This document shows, piece by piece, positions 55,755 through 64,000 of a stretch of DNA of 64,000 nt (the first letter of the stretch is position 1; the number at the start of each line of letters is the position of its first letter). The notes beneath the pieces are model-generated. The model was not told the DNA's origin, ran no database searches, and saw nothing but the letters and a program-made list of their open reading frames with translations. The stretch is taken from contig JACKFJ010000001.1 of assembly GCA_020632535.1 (NCBI GenBank), positions 154,890 through 218,889 on the forward strand, written 5' to 3'. The position numbers and the translations under genes were made by a program. The DNA comes from Candidatus Omnitrophota bacterium (GTDB lineage Bacteria; Omnitrophota; Gorgyraeia; Zapsychrales; JANLHA01).

Positions 55755-56336
55755 ATGTTGAGCCAGATTATAAAAATCTCATTTGTCTTCGTCATCGGAT
55801 TTCTGGGTACATTTTCTTCCGTATTTGCGCAGAGCAAGGCGCGTATGGATGAGGCGGCGCATTATTATGATGATTTGACAGGAGAAGGCAGTCTGAATGA
55901 TGTTAAAACAAAGTGGAAGCTTGATATCCAGCGTTTGCGCGAAGCGATTTTAAAGTCACATGAATCTTTGCAGCGTGATGATTCTGATCTGGCTAAGGCC
56001 GTGATTGATCATAAAGTCAAAATTGCTCGTGAAAGAGAATTTTTAAGTGGTGAGTTTGATGCCGGTGTAGCGGATCTTTATCAGAAGGCTGTTGGGGAAT
56101 ATCAACAAAAACAGTTTATGGTCAGTTTGTCGACATTTGAAGAGGTTGAGAGTCTTTCTCCAGATTTTAAAGACACACGTAAATATTTGCAAAAGTTAAC
56201 AAAGATGCAATTGAAAACAAAAGTCAAAGCGGCTTCGGATCAACAGATAAAAAAGAGCGAAGAAAACCGCGACGCGCGTATTGACAATGCCCTCAAGAAT
56301 GTGCAATATGGCGATTTGCAAGGAGATCGAAAATGA
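55755..56336 (+). CDS. Hypothetical secreted coiled-coil protein
   Basis: Start trimmed to MLSQIIKISFVFVIGFLGTFSSVFAQ. An alternative ATG lies at 55695. Confidence 0.5.
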   Translation: MLSQIIKISFVFVIGFLGTFSSVFAQSKARMDEAAHYYDDLTGEGSLNDVKTKWKLDIQRLREAILKSHESLQRDDSDLAKAVIDHKVKIAREREFLSGEFDAGVADLYQKAVGEYQQKQFMVSLSTFEEVESLSPDFKDTRKYLQKLTKMQLKTKVKAASDQQIKKSEENRDARIDNALKNVQYGDLQGDRK

Positions 56337-56707
56337 AAAGAATAGCATTGGTTTTTGTGTTCTTTGTGTCATTTGCATTCAGTGCCAATGCCACGCCTCC
56401 CCGCGATTTAAAGCTGCAATATGACCCGATGAGTCAGAATTTAATGATTAGTATGAAGCATCCAACGATTGAAGTTCGCGAGCATTATATACGGACTATT
56501 ATTGTTACTCACAATGATGATGAGCCAAAAACATACCGATTTACATTTCAAAAGTCAGCTTCGGAAGTTGAAGCGATTGTCCCGATTGGAGTATTGCAGT
56601 TTGGTGATAAAGTTCATGTGAAAGCGATGTGCAAACTTGGAGGAAGTGCTGAAGCTGAACTTGTGATGTCGCCTAGTGATGTACAACAATCTGAAGAAAT
56701 GAAATAA
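56333..56707 (+). CDS. Hypothetical small secreted protein
   Basis: ATGA overlap with the upstream ORF. Signal peptide ends SANAT. 124 aa. Confidence 0.55.
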   Translation: MKRIALVFVFFVSFAFSANATPPRDLKLQYDPMSQNLMISMKHPTIEVREHYIRTIIVTHNDDEPKTYRFTFQKSASEVEAIVPIGVLQFGDKVHVKAMCKLGGSAEAELVMSPSDVQQSEEMK

Positions 56708-56713
56708 TCTCGG

Positions 56714-58777
56714 ATGAACTCGCAACATCCAAATCGTTTGGGTCTTGAAAAAAGTCCGTATCTTCTGCAGCATGCTTATAATCCCGTCGAATGGTATCCT
56801 TGGGGTCCAGAAGCCTTTGCCAAAGCCCAAAAAGAAAACAAACCTATTTTTTTATCCATCGGTTATTCAACCTGTCACTGGTGTCATGTGATGGAGCATG
56901 AAAGCTTTGAAGATGAAGAAACCGCGCAATTGCTCAATGATCACTTTGTCGCCATTAAGGTTGACCGTGAAGAGCGTCCTGATATTGATAGCATTTATAT
57001 GAGTTTTGTTACTGCGACGACGGGTAGTGGAGGTTGGCCTTTGTCTGTTTTTTTAACGCCGCAAACCAAGCCATTTTATGGGGGAACCTATTTTCCACCG
57101 GAAGCCCGCTTTGGGTCGCCCGGATTTAAAGATTTGTTGTGGTCGGTGCATTCGAGTTGGCTCAAACAAGAAGATAAAGTTCGTGAATCTGGTGATCAGA
57201 TGGTTGAATCTTTGTCGCAGCGCGTCAAGGCAAAATCTCCGTCAGGTCAAATTTCTACAAAGGAAATATTAACCAAGGCTTTTGGTCAATTAGATCAAAA
57301 CTTTGATGTCAAGAATGGTGGCTTTGGTCATTCTCCCAAATTTCCAATGGGACACACACTCAGTTTTCTTTTGCGGTATTGGAAAAACAATGATGATAAA
57401 AATGCTTTGGGAATTGTTGAGAAAACTTTGATCGCCATGGCGCAAGGCGGCATCAATGATCAGCTTGGCGGTGGTTTTCATCGTTATGCGACTGATGCGC
57501 ATTGGCAGGTTCCGCATTTTGAAAAAATGCTTTATGATCAGGCGCTTTTGACAAAGATTTATCTTGAGGCTTATGCCGCGACGGGGAAGAAAATTTATGC
57601 TGACACCGCTAGGGAAACTTTGGATTATGTTTTAAGAGACATGCGTGACAGCAATGGCGGATTTTATTCTGCTGAAGACGCGGATAGTCTTGAGCCTGAC
57701 GCGGACATTGAGGCCGAAAAGAAAGAGGGCGCGTTTTATCTTTGGGGTGAAGACGAATTAAGAAATATTCTCACAGCGGATGAGTTTGTGGTGATAAATG
57801 TGTATTTTGGTATCGCGAAAAATGGTAATGCCGAGTTTGATCCGCATGGTGAATTTGTCGGAAAAAATATTTTGCACATGAAGCATTCTCTGGATGAGAC
57901 TGCGGCGTATTGCAAGAAATCAATCGAAGATGTTAGCAGTCTTATCGCGTCCGCAAAAGTGAAGTTATTTGAACATCGCGCAAAAAGGCCGCGTCCGCAT
58001 TTGGATGACAAAATTTTAGTTGATTGGAATGGGTTAATGATTTCCAGTTTAGCGATGGCGGGATGTATTCTCAAAGACGAACGGTATTTGCAGGCAGCGG
58101 AAGCGGCCGCGCAGTTTATTTTGCGGCAATTAAAGAATGATCAAGGACGACTTTTACATCGTTACCGTGATCATGAAGCGGGAATCTTGGCGGGACTGGA
58201 AGATTATGTTTTTTTGATCGCTGGATTGTTGGATCTTTATGAAAATTCTTTTAATCAAAATTATTTTGATGAAGCATTGCGGCTTAATAGGGAGATGGTG
58301 GATTTATTTTGGGATAAAGAACATGGCGGCCTTTTTTTGACACCCAAAGATGGAGAACAATTGATTCTGCGACCCAAGGAAGTTTATGACGGAGCTGTGC
58401 CCTCCGGCAATTCACTGGCGGCTCTGAATTCTTTACGAATCTATCACTTTAATTTTACTGAAAATGATTTGAAAAACAGTGAAGCGATCTTTAAAGTGTT
58501 TCATGATGAAGTTATGGCACATCCTAGCGCTTTTACGCAAATGATGATGGCTTTGCAGTTTTATTTTGGTCCGGTTAAGGACATTGTTTTGGAAGGTGAT
58601 ATTAAGCATGGTGCAGGGCGGGAGATGCTTGATCTGATTCAAGCGGTATGGCTCCCGCAAAAAACATTGACTGTTAAGGAAAGTGAAAATACGCAAGCTG
58701 TTGTGCGTGTCTGTGAGAATCAGGTGTGTCATCAGCCGGTGAACAATATCAAAGCATTGCAGCAAATTTTAAAATAA
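56714..58777 (+). CDS. Thioredoxin-domain protein of the YyaL/DUF255 (SPATA20-like) family
   Basis: [25 protein letters not shown] and [16 protein letters not shown], followed by an (alpha/alpha)6-like C-terminal region. 687 aa. Confidence 0.85.
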   Translation: MNSQHPNRLGLEKSPYLLQHAYNPVEWYPWGPEAFAKAQKENKPIFLSIGYSTCHWCHVMEHESFEDEETAQLLNDHFVAIKVDREERPDIDSIYMSFVTATTGSGGWPLSVFLTPQTKPFYGGTYFPPEARFGSPGFKDLLWSVHSSWLKQEDKVRESGDQMVESLSQRVKAKSPSGQISTKEILTKAFGQLDQNFDVKNGGFGHSPKFPMGHTLSFLLRYWKNNDDKNALGIVEKTLIAMAQGGINDQLGGGFHRYATDAHWQVPHFEKMLYDQALLTKIYLEAYAATGKKIYADTARETLDYVLRDMRDSNGGFYSAEDADSLEPDADIEAEKKEGAFYLWGEDELRNILTADEFVVINVYFGIAKNGNAEFDPHGEFVGKNILHMKHSLDETAAYCKKSIEDVSSLIASAKVKLFEHRAKRPRPHLDDKILVDWNGLMISSLAMAGCILKDERYLQAAEAAAQFILRQLKNDQGRLLHRYRDHEAGILAGLEDYVFLIAGLLDLYENSFNQNYFDEALRLNREMVDLFWDKEHGGLFLTPKDGEQLILRPKEVYDGAVPSGNSLAALNSLRIYHFNFTENDLKNSEAIFKVFHDEVMAHPSAFTQMMMALQFYFGPVKDIVLEGDIKHGAGREMLDLIQAVWLPQKTLTVKESENTQAVVRVCENQVCHQPVNNIKALQQILK

Positions 58778-59862
58778 TGAAAAAATTAATATTTTTAATT
58801 GTGATGTTTTGTCTTCCGTTAAGTATATCTTGCGCGGAAGCAGAAGTCGGAGTATCTCCGGATTCTATTGCCGTTCCTGTAGGTAAAGGACAGAGACTTT
58901 TGGGTGTGGAGATTAATCCTGCAAATGACGGTAATTACGATCAGGCTTTTGCTAAGGCTAGGGAAGCTGGGTGTGAAGTTGTGTCCTTGTCGATCAATTG
59001 GGATGATTTTGAAAAGGCTCCCGGCAAGTTCGGGATGGAGCCAAATTTTTTGCAGATTGCTAATCAGTACTATCCGTCTAAAAAAACAAAGATCAGTTTG
59101 GTTATCCGTCCCCTAGATACTAATGGTCGGCATTTTCCTAAAGATTTGGTTGGAAAATCTTTTAGTGATCCTCAAGTTACTAGTCGCTTTGCCGCATTTT
59201 TGGATTATGTTTTTTCTCAGGTTAAGGATGTGGATATTATTGGAGTTTCGATCGGTAATGAAATTGATGTGCCTTTGGCAAAGAATATTGGGGAATGGAT
59301 CGAATACGGAAAGTTCTTTTATATGGCTGTAGTTCATATCAAGCAGAAATATCCGCATTTAAAAGTAGGGACTACGACAACGATGTATGGCATTACCAAG
59401 CAGTATGTTGAGGAAATAAAAGCGGTGAATTCGGTGGCTGATGTGATTTATGTGACATATTATCCTATGAGTGAGGATTTTTTTGTGAAAGACCCAAAGA
59501 TTATGACAAAGGAAATAGGAGCGCTGGTGGCATTGTATCCGAAAAAACTGATTTATATTGGGGAGATTGGATATCCTTCCAGTCCTGTTTTAAAGAGCTC
59601 ATTATTAAAGCAACAAGAATTTATTCGTCAGTCTTTTTTAGCATGGGATCGCTATGCTGCGAATATTTCGTATATGTCTTTTTTGTGGCTGCATGATCCA
59701 ACGGTCACGCAAGTGCAATATTTTAAAAAGTACTATGGGATAAGTGATAAAAATTTTGTCGCGTATCTTGCAACGTTGGGTTTAAGGCAAGGGGAGGGCG
59801 CAGGTACGGATAAGCCCGCATTTGACACGTTTAAGCAAGAGGCAAAGGCACGTGGGTGGTAA
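58777..59862 (+). CDS. Secreted protein with clan GH-A-like (beta/alpha)8 glycoside-hydrolase motifs
   Basis: TAATG overlap. Signal peptide [30 protein letters not shown] (acid/base NE) and IYIGEIGYPS (nucleophile E candidate). The family is not identified. Confidence 0.6.
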   Translation: MKKLIFLIVMFCLPLSISCAEAEVGVSPDSIAVPVGKGQRLLGVEINPANDGNYDQAFAKAREAGCEVVSLSINWDDFEKAPGKFGMEPNFLQIANQYYPSKKTKISLVIRPLDTNGRHFPKDLVGKSFSDPQVTSRFAAFLDYVFSQVKDVDIIGVSIGNEIDVPLAKNIGEWIEYGKFFYMAVVHIKQKYPHLKVGTTTTMYGITKQYVEEIKAVNSVADVIYVTYYPMSEDFFVKDPKIMTKEIGALVALYPKKLIYIGEIGYPSSPVLKSSLLKQQEFIRQSFLAWDRYAANISYMSFLWLHDPTVTQVQYFKKYYGISDKNFVAYLATLGLRQGEGAGTDKPAFDTFKQEAKARGW

Positions 59863-59895
59863 AAACGTATTGAAAGATCATCAAAGGAGAAGCAA

Positions 59896-61716
59896 ATGAA
59901 ATTTTTAAAGATTCTTTTTATTAGCACATTTGTGCTGATTGTTTTGGCTTTTGTTGGCACATATATTTTCGTAAAGAATTTTGATATTAACAAGCATAAG
60001 GACATGCTCGCGCTTGAAATTGGTAAACAACTCGGCCGAAATGTCGAAATTGCCAGTATGGATCTTAATGTGTCTATTACCAACGGAATTTACGCGGAAG
60101 TGCGCGGACTTACAATCAGTGAAGACGCGGTTTTTGGCAAAGGTCATTTTGCGACTTTGGGCGCGGCTCAGTTAAATGTCGACGTCATGGCATATTTGTC
60201 AAAACGCGAAATTGTTATTTCGAAAATTATTATCGATGCGTTAAATGTCAATATTATTCGTGATCAAATCGGATCAATCAATGTGCAAAAAATAGGACCG
60301 GTTCCCAGTGACAAGGTTAATACAGCCGCCGCGACGTCCTCTGCGACACCATCGTCGTCGGGACCCGCGCCAGTTATTCCTGATTTTTCCGTCAGAACGA
60401 TTGTGATTTCAAACGGAACGATTTTGTATAAGGACAAAGGACAGAATCCACCGATGCAGATTCCGATTTCACATGTTGATATTGCGATTAAAGATTTTTC
60501 TTTGAGCAAGCCGTTCACATTTGACGGAAAGATTGCCCTTTTTGGCAGTGAAAAGAATGTCGATGTCAGCGGTCAGGCTTCGATCAGTGTCGCAGATCAG
60601 TCGGCCAAGATCACGTCTTTTGTAACGGAAGTTTATTTGGCGAAATTAAAAATTGCCGATCTTGTTAACGCGATCCCGGCTTTAGCTCCGATGGGGTTAA
60701 AAGAGAATCTTGAGGGAAAAGTGACCGTTGAAATTCCGTCATTGAGCGCGGGCGCAAGCGGGTTAGGTTCTCTGGTTTTAAACGGCAAATTGCAAGGCGG
60801 GAAAATCGTTACTTCATTATTACCGGTACCGATTGAAAAAGTTAATGTGGATTTTAGCGCGAATGCTAAGGATTTTAGCGCCAATCAATTTTCGCTTCAG
60901 TTGCGTACGGGAATAGTGAGCGGCAAAGCCATGATTACGGATTATTTATTAAGTCAGGGTTTGATTTTGGATGTAAAAGTCAAAGATATGCCGCTTGCAA
61001 GTCTTGTTTCTAGTTTACCGGCAGGCATGACGTTCGGTGGGTCGATGGAAGCCGACGCGCACGTCACGGGTGAGGGTCTTGCTGACCCCAGTCAATTTTT
61101 AAATTCGCTTAATGGTTCCGGTAAGTTTGATGTCAAAGACGGTAAGCTCGAAAATTTTAATGTCCTTAAAGTTCTATTAAGCCGTATCGAATTTATTCCT
61201 GGCTTGGCCACAATTGTTGAGACGAATATGCCGCAGCAGTATAAGGAAAGTTTTGTTCGTAACGACACCATTTTTCAGAAAATCAATTCGAGTTTACAAA
61301 TTACCGATGGTGTTTTTAATATGCCGGACATGCAAGTTGTGTCGGATCTTTTTGAAGCGGATATGAAAATTTCGGCCAATTCCAAGCTTGTCGGTGCGGT
61401 GGCCGGGCAGGTAAAATTACCTTCGGATCTCTCCGAATATTTGGCTTCAAAAACACAGCCTTTAGGGTACTTGCGAAATAGTGAAGGACGAATTGTGATA
61501 CCATTGACGTCATACGAAGGGCCTTTAACGAGTTTGAAGATTTTACCCGATGTTAAATCATTGGGTAAGGCCGCGCTTGAGGGTGAGGGTCGTAATCAAG
61601 TTAATAAACTGCTTAACAAAGTTCTTAAAACGGATGGTTCAACTTCGGCGGATACAGCGGACGGCGCGCAGCCTGACCAAATCATCAACGGCGTGTTGGA
61701 TAAAATTTTTAAATAA
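59896..61716 (+). CDS. AsmA-family protein
   Basis: N-terminal anchor MKFLKILFISTFVLIVLAFVG. Long beta-rich repetitive body. 606 aa. Confidence 0.7.
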   Translation: MKFLKILFISTFVLIVLAFVGTYIFVKNFDINKHKDMLALEIGKQLGRNVEIASMDLNVSITNGIYAEVRGLTISEDAVFGKGHFATLGAAQLNVDVMAYLSKREIVISKIIIDALNVNIIRDQIGSINVQKIGPVPSDKVNTAAATSSATPSSSGPAPVIPDFSVRTIVISNGTILYKDKGQNPPMQIPISHVDIAIKDFSLSKPFTFDGKIALFGSEKNVDVSGQASISVADQSAKITSFVTEVYLAKLKIADLVNAIPALAPMGLKENLEGKVTVEIPSLSAGASGLGSLVLNGKLQGGKIVTSLLPVPIEKVNVDFSANAKDFSANQFSLQLRTGIVSGKAMITDYLLSQGLILDVKVKDMPLASLVSSLPAGMTFGGSMEADAHVTGEGLADPSQFLNSLNGSGKFDVKDGKLENFNVLKVLLSRIEFIPGLATIVETNMPQQYKESFVRNDTIFQKINSSLQITDGVFNMPDMQVVSDLFEADMKISANSKLVGAVAGQVKLPSDLSEYLASKTQPLGYLRNSEGRIVIPLTSYEGPLTSLKILPDVKSLGKAALEGEGRNQVNKLLNKVLKTDGSTSADTADGAQPDQIINGVLDKIFK

Positions 61717-61720
61717 ATTT

Positions 61721-62239
61721 ATGAAGAAAGACATTATACGATACAAATTTAAAAAGAAGAGTGTGTCTTTGGTGACACGTTTTATGACCATTCCCAATGG
61801 TATGAAAATCGAAAAAGATATTATTCTTCATCCGGGTGCTGCACTGATTGTCCCCTTTTTGAGTGCGGATAAAGTAGTCATTTTGCGCCAGTATCGATCG
61901 GTGTTTAACCAGTATCTTTACGAATTTCCAGCTGGGACTCTTGAGCCGGGTGAAAAATTTGCCGCTTGTGCTCGTCGGGAAATTATGGAAGAAGCGGGAT
62001 ATGCCGCGGGTAAGCTGACGCGCGTTGGTCATATTTATCCTGTGCCGGGATATTCTGATGAGATTATCGTCATTTATAAAGCCGAAAAATTGATCGCGCG
62101 GAAAGAAGTCGGTGACGCGGATGAAGTCATCGAACCGGTAATTGTTTCAAGAGCACAGTTAAAAAAGCTTTTTAAAGACGGCAAGATCATCGATGGCAAA
62201 ACAATTGCCGGTTTAGCTTTTTGTGGACTCCTTTCATGA
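61721..62239 (+). CDS. NUDIX hydrolase (ADP-ribose pyrophosphatase-like)
   Basis: Start trimmed to ATG 61721. Nudix box GTLEPGEKFAACARREIMEEAGY. Confidence 0.8.
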   Translation: MKKDIIRYKFKKKSVSLVTRFMTIPNGMKIEKDIILHPGAALIVPFLSADKVVILRQYRSVFNQYLYEFPAGTLEPGEKFAACARREIMEEAGYAAGKLTRVGHIYPVPGYSDEIIVIYKAEKLIARKEVGDADEVIEPVIVSRAQLKKLFKDGKIIDGKTIAGLAFCGLLS

Positions 62240-62970
62240 CCACACATCCAAAAAAAACTCCGGTAGCCGCGTTCGCATATTGGGCGCGAAATCTGCGTTC
62301 TGGTGAAATGTTTCGTGCCCTGCGGGAATACTGCTCTGGTGATGTTTTGGATGTTGGTGGCCGTGATTTTTATTTGACAGCGAAAGATCAAGGGGTCAAT
62401 TTTAAGTCATGGACGACACTTGAGCCGTGCGAAGACACTTTATTGAAAATCGCTGATGATAAATTTCGCAGTGTCCGTGGTGATGGCTGCCGAATGGATT
62501 TTAAGGATAATAGCTTTGACACGATTTTAAATATTCAGGTTTTGGAACATGTTGTTGAGCCGTTTTTGATGGTCAAAGAAATTGCCCGTGTCCTTCGTCC
62601 GTCGGGATATGCCATTTTATTGATTCCGCAAACATCCGTGCAGCATGAGTTACCGGCGCATTATTATAATTTTACCCGTTCGTGGATTGAGGAGGCTCTA
62701 AGCCGCAGCGGGCTGGTTACCATAGAGCTTAAACCTTTGGGCGGGGTTTGGTCATCGATGGCTTCCCATTTCGTATACTTCTTTTTTAAAGCATTTCGTT
62801 TCTCCGGATATAGTCTTCCTGTACACAAAAGAAATGTCCTGTTTTATGTGTTCTTTCCACTCATGCTGGTATATGCGCTGGTCAGTATTCCGATTTGTCT
62901 GCTTTTGAGTTTTGGGGATTTGACGGAAGAGCCAAATAATTATCTCGTCGTGGCACGCAAAACGATTTAA
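62236..62970 (+). CDS. Class I SAM-dependent methyltransferase with C-terminal TM segments
   Basis: ATGA overlap with the nudix gene. Motifs: VLDVGGRDF; FDTILNIQVLEHVVEP...LRPSGYAILLIP. Confidence 0.75.
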   Translation: MTTHPKKTPVAAFAYWARNLRSGEMFRALREYCSGDVLDVGGRDFYLTAKDQGVNFKSWTTLEPCEDTLLKIADDKFRSVRGDGCRMDFKDNSFDTILNIQVLEHVVEPFLMVKEIARVLRPSGYAILLIPQTSVQHELPAHYYNFTRSWIEEALSRSGLVTIELKPLGGVWSSMASHFVYFFFKAFRFSGYSLPVHKRNVLFYVFFPLMLVYALVSIPICLLLSFGDLTEEPNNYLVVARKTI

Positions 62971-62978
62971 ATTCATTT

Positions 62979-64000
62979 ATGGAAAAGTTGCAATCTGCTG
63001 ACAGTCGTTTGAAGGATATTTGGTTTTGGGTCTTTTGTGCCTTCGGGGTGGTATTGTTTTATGCTATCAAATTTGTTTCACCGCAGTGGGTTGCCTACCT
63101 TTATCGTGATGAAAATTTTACCCTGCTTAACGCGATTGTTAATTCTTCCGTTAATGAAAGTTTGGATTTTTATTCCGGGCGCTTTGAAGAAATTCTTTTT
63201 GGTCCGCTGACACAATTGATCAGCGGCCTTCTTTTTGCTTGGATCTGTTTACGGAATTTTGTAAATATTAACAGTTGGAAGTTTGCGTCCGCGATTTTTA
63301 TCTTCTTACTTTTTACAAAATTTGAAGTTCTTTTGTTTCCTCCATATGGGGACGCGATCGGCGGGCCATTTGCCGAAGCGTTGTGGCTAAGCCAGCATGG
63401 CTTTGATTATGTCGGATTGTTTCATCAGCCCAGTTATGATGTCGGCGGGCCTCGCGTCTATCTTTTTAGTATTTATCCGACATTTCTTGCGGTATTTTTA
63501 AAAATAATTCCATCATCCGCAGTTTTCTTGATTTTACAGCATCTCTTGGTTTTTCTGATGGCCAGTGCCATTGTTGCTATGACGCGCGCAATTTGCTTAA
63601 AGGTTTTTCACCCCAGCGTTGCCATATTATCTTCGTTGGTGTTGCTATATTTGCCATTATTCCAGAGTCAGACGGAAGCAATTAATATGGAAATGTCATC
63701 CGCGTTATTTATTGTGTGGTCCGCGTATGCGTTATTGCAGAATAAAAATGGGCTTGCGGTTTTGTTAGCCATTATGTCGGCGCTGATCAAGGGAACAGGT
63801 GTTCTGACGTGTGGTGGTGCGGCGCTTGTTTTGTGTTTTAAGATTTTTAAGGCAAAAGCGATTGGGGAGAGAGTGAAATTATTTGTGTGGGTTTTTACTT
63901 TAGCGGCGTTTGGCGCTTTGCTTGTTAGCCTCAAGTTTATTTTTAAGGACGCGCATATTAATGAGGGTATGGTACGATTAGCCGCAGGTTGGCCATCCAT
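62979..64000 (+). CDS. Polytopic membrane protein (GT-C/ArnT- or polymerase-like?), 3' end beyond window
   Basis: My own translation from ATG 62979 is open to the window end (about 340 codons: MEKLQSADSRLKDIWFWVFCAFGVVLFY...). It has many hydrophobic segments. It is absent from the ORF track, presumably because there is no stop in the window. Confidence 0.7.
   Translation, partial: MEKLQSADSRLKDIWFWVFCAFGVVLFYAIKFVSPQWVAYLYRDENFTLLNAIVNSSVNESLDFYSGRFEEILFGPLTQLISGLLFAWICLRNFVNINSWKFASAIFIFLLFTKFEVLLFPPYGDAIGGPFAEALWLSQHGFDYVGLFHQPSYDVGGPRVYLFSIYPTFLAVFLKIIPSSAVFLILQHLLVFLMASAIVAMTRAICLKVFHPSVAILSSLVLLYLPLFQSQTEAINMEMSSALFIVWSAYALLQNKNGLAVLLAIMSALIKGTGVLTCGGAALVLCFKIFKAKAIGERVKLFVWVFTLAAFGALLVSLKFIFKDAHINEGMVRLAAGWPS

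Noticed and set aside
56333-56707. Possible superoxide-reductase-like metal site (KHPTIEVREHYI ... AMCKLGG), reminiscent of the KHVP / HPM..EHYI / C..H ligand pattern.
   Set aside because: The His spacing differs and the His after the Cys is missing. The protein has a signal peptide, unlike known SORs. The resemblance is too weak to call without a profile search.

Overview
This is a 64 kb, gene-dense, low-to-moderate GC segment (roughly 40-45% by eye). About 95% of the genes are on the + strand. It looks like a mostly core chromosomal region of a diderm bacterium, because TolC-like, AsmA-like and LpoB-like proteins and many lipoproteins are present. It may belong to an uncultivated lineage, but I cannot place it taxonomically from sequence alone.

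Recognisable content, in order:
- smc (3' part), a GAF-GGDEF cyclase, and cvpA-dnaG-rpoD.
- Two tRNAs, tRNA(CAU) and tRNA-Val(CAC), each preceded by a duplicated copy of its own 5' end.
- A zinc-ribbon protein, RNase HI and RNase P RNA; the RNase H ORF runs 67 nt into rnpB.
- yebC-ruvC-ruvA-scpB, then an aromatic amino-acid block (pheA-hisC-DAHP synthase-tyrA), then cmk, lepA, lepB, pgsA and plsY.
- A pfkB-type kinase.
- A tight operon of an HExxH peptidase, an ATP-grasp enzyme, a receiver domain and a SirB1-like protein.
- uvrD, then an RND pump plus an outer-membrane factor plus a secreted peroxiredoxin, with no adaptor gene.
- A KefB/C-like antiporter, a YidE-like transporter, a trypsin-like protease fused to TPR repeats, and an ExoX-like exonuclease.
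- An LpoB-like lipoprotein cluster, then pckA.
- A thiol-redox and membrane block: DsbA-like, MauE/DoxX-like, a Memo-AMMECR1 fusion, an HTTM-DCC fusion and a YyaL-like protein.
- A GH-like protein, AsmA, a NUDIX hydrolase, a methyltransferase, and a polytopic membrane protein that runs off the window.

Two families of short palindromic REP/MITE-like repeats sit just downstream of stop codons at several loci. I saw no CRISPR array, rRNA, transposase or integrase.

The candidates I consider most worth follow-up are:
- the redox / HTTM / Memo-AMMECR1 block (51.4-58.8 kb);
- the peptidase / ATP-grasp / receiver operon (25.4-29.5 kb);
- the duplicated tRNA 5' modules (7.7-8.1 kb);
- the rnhA/rnpB overlap;
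- the self-contained orphan transcription unit at 21.7-22.2 kb.

All functional calls come from motif recognition by eye. None has been verified by a search.
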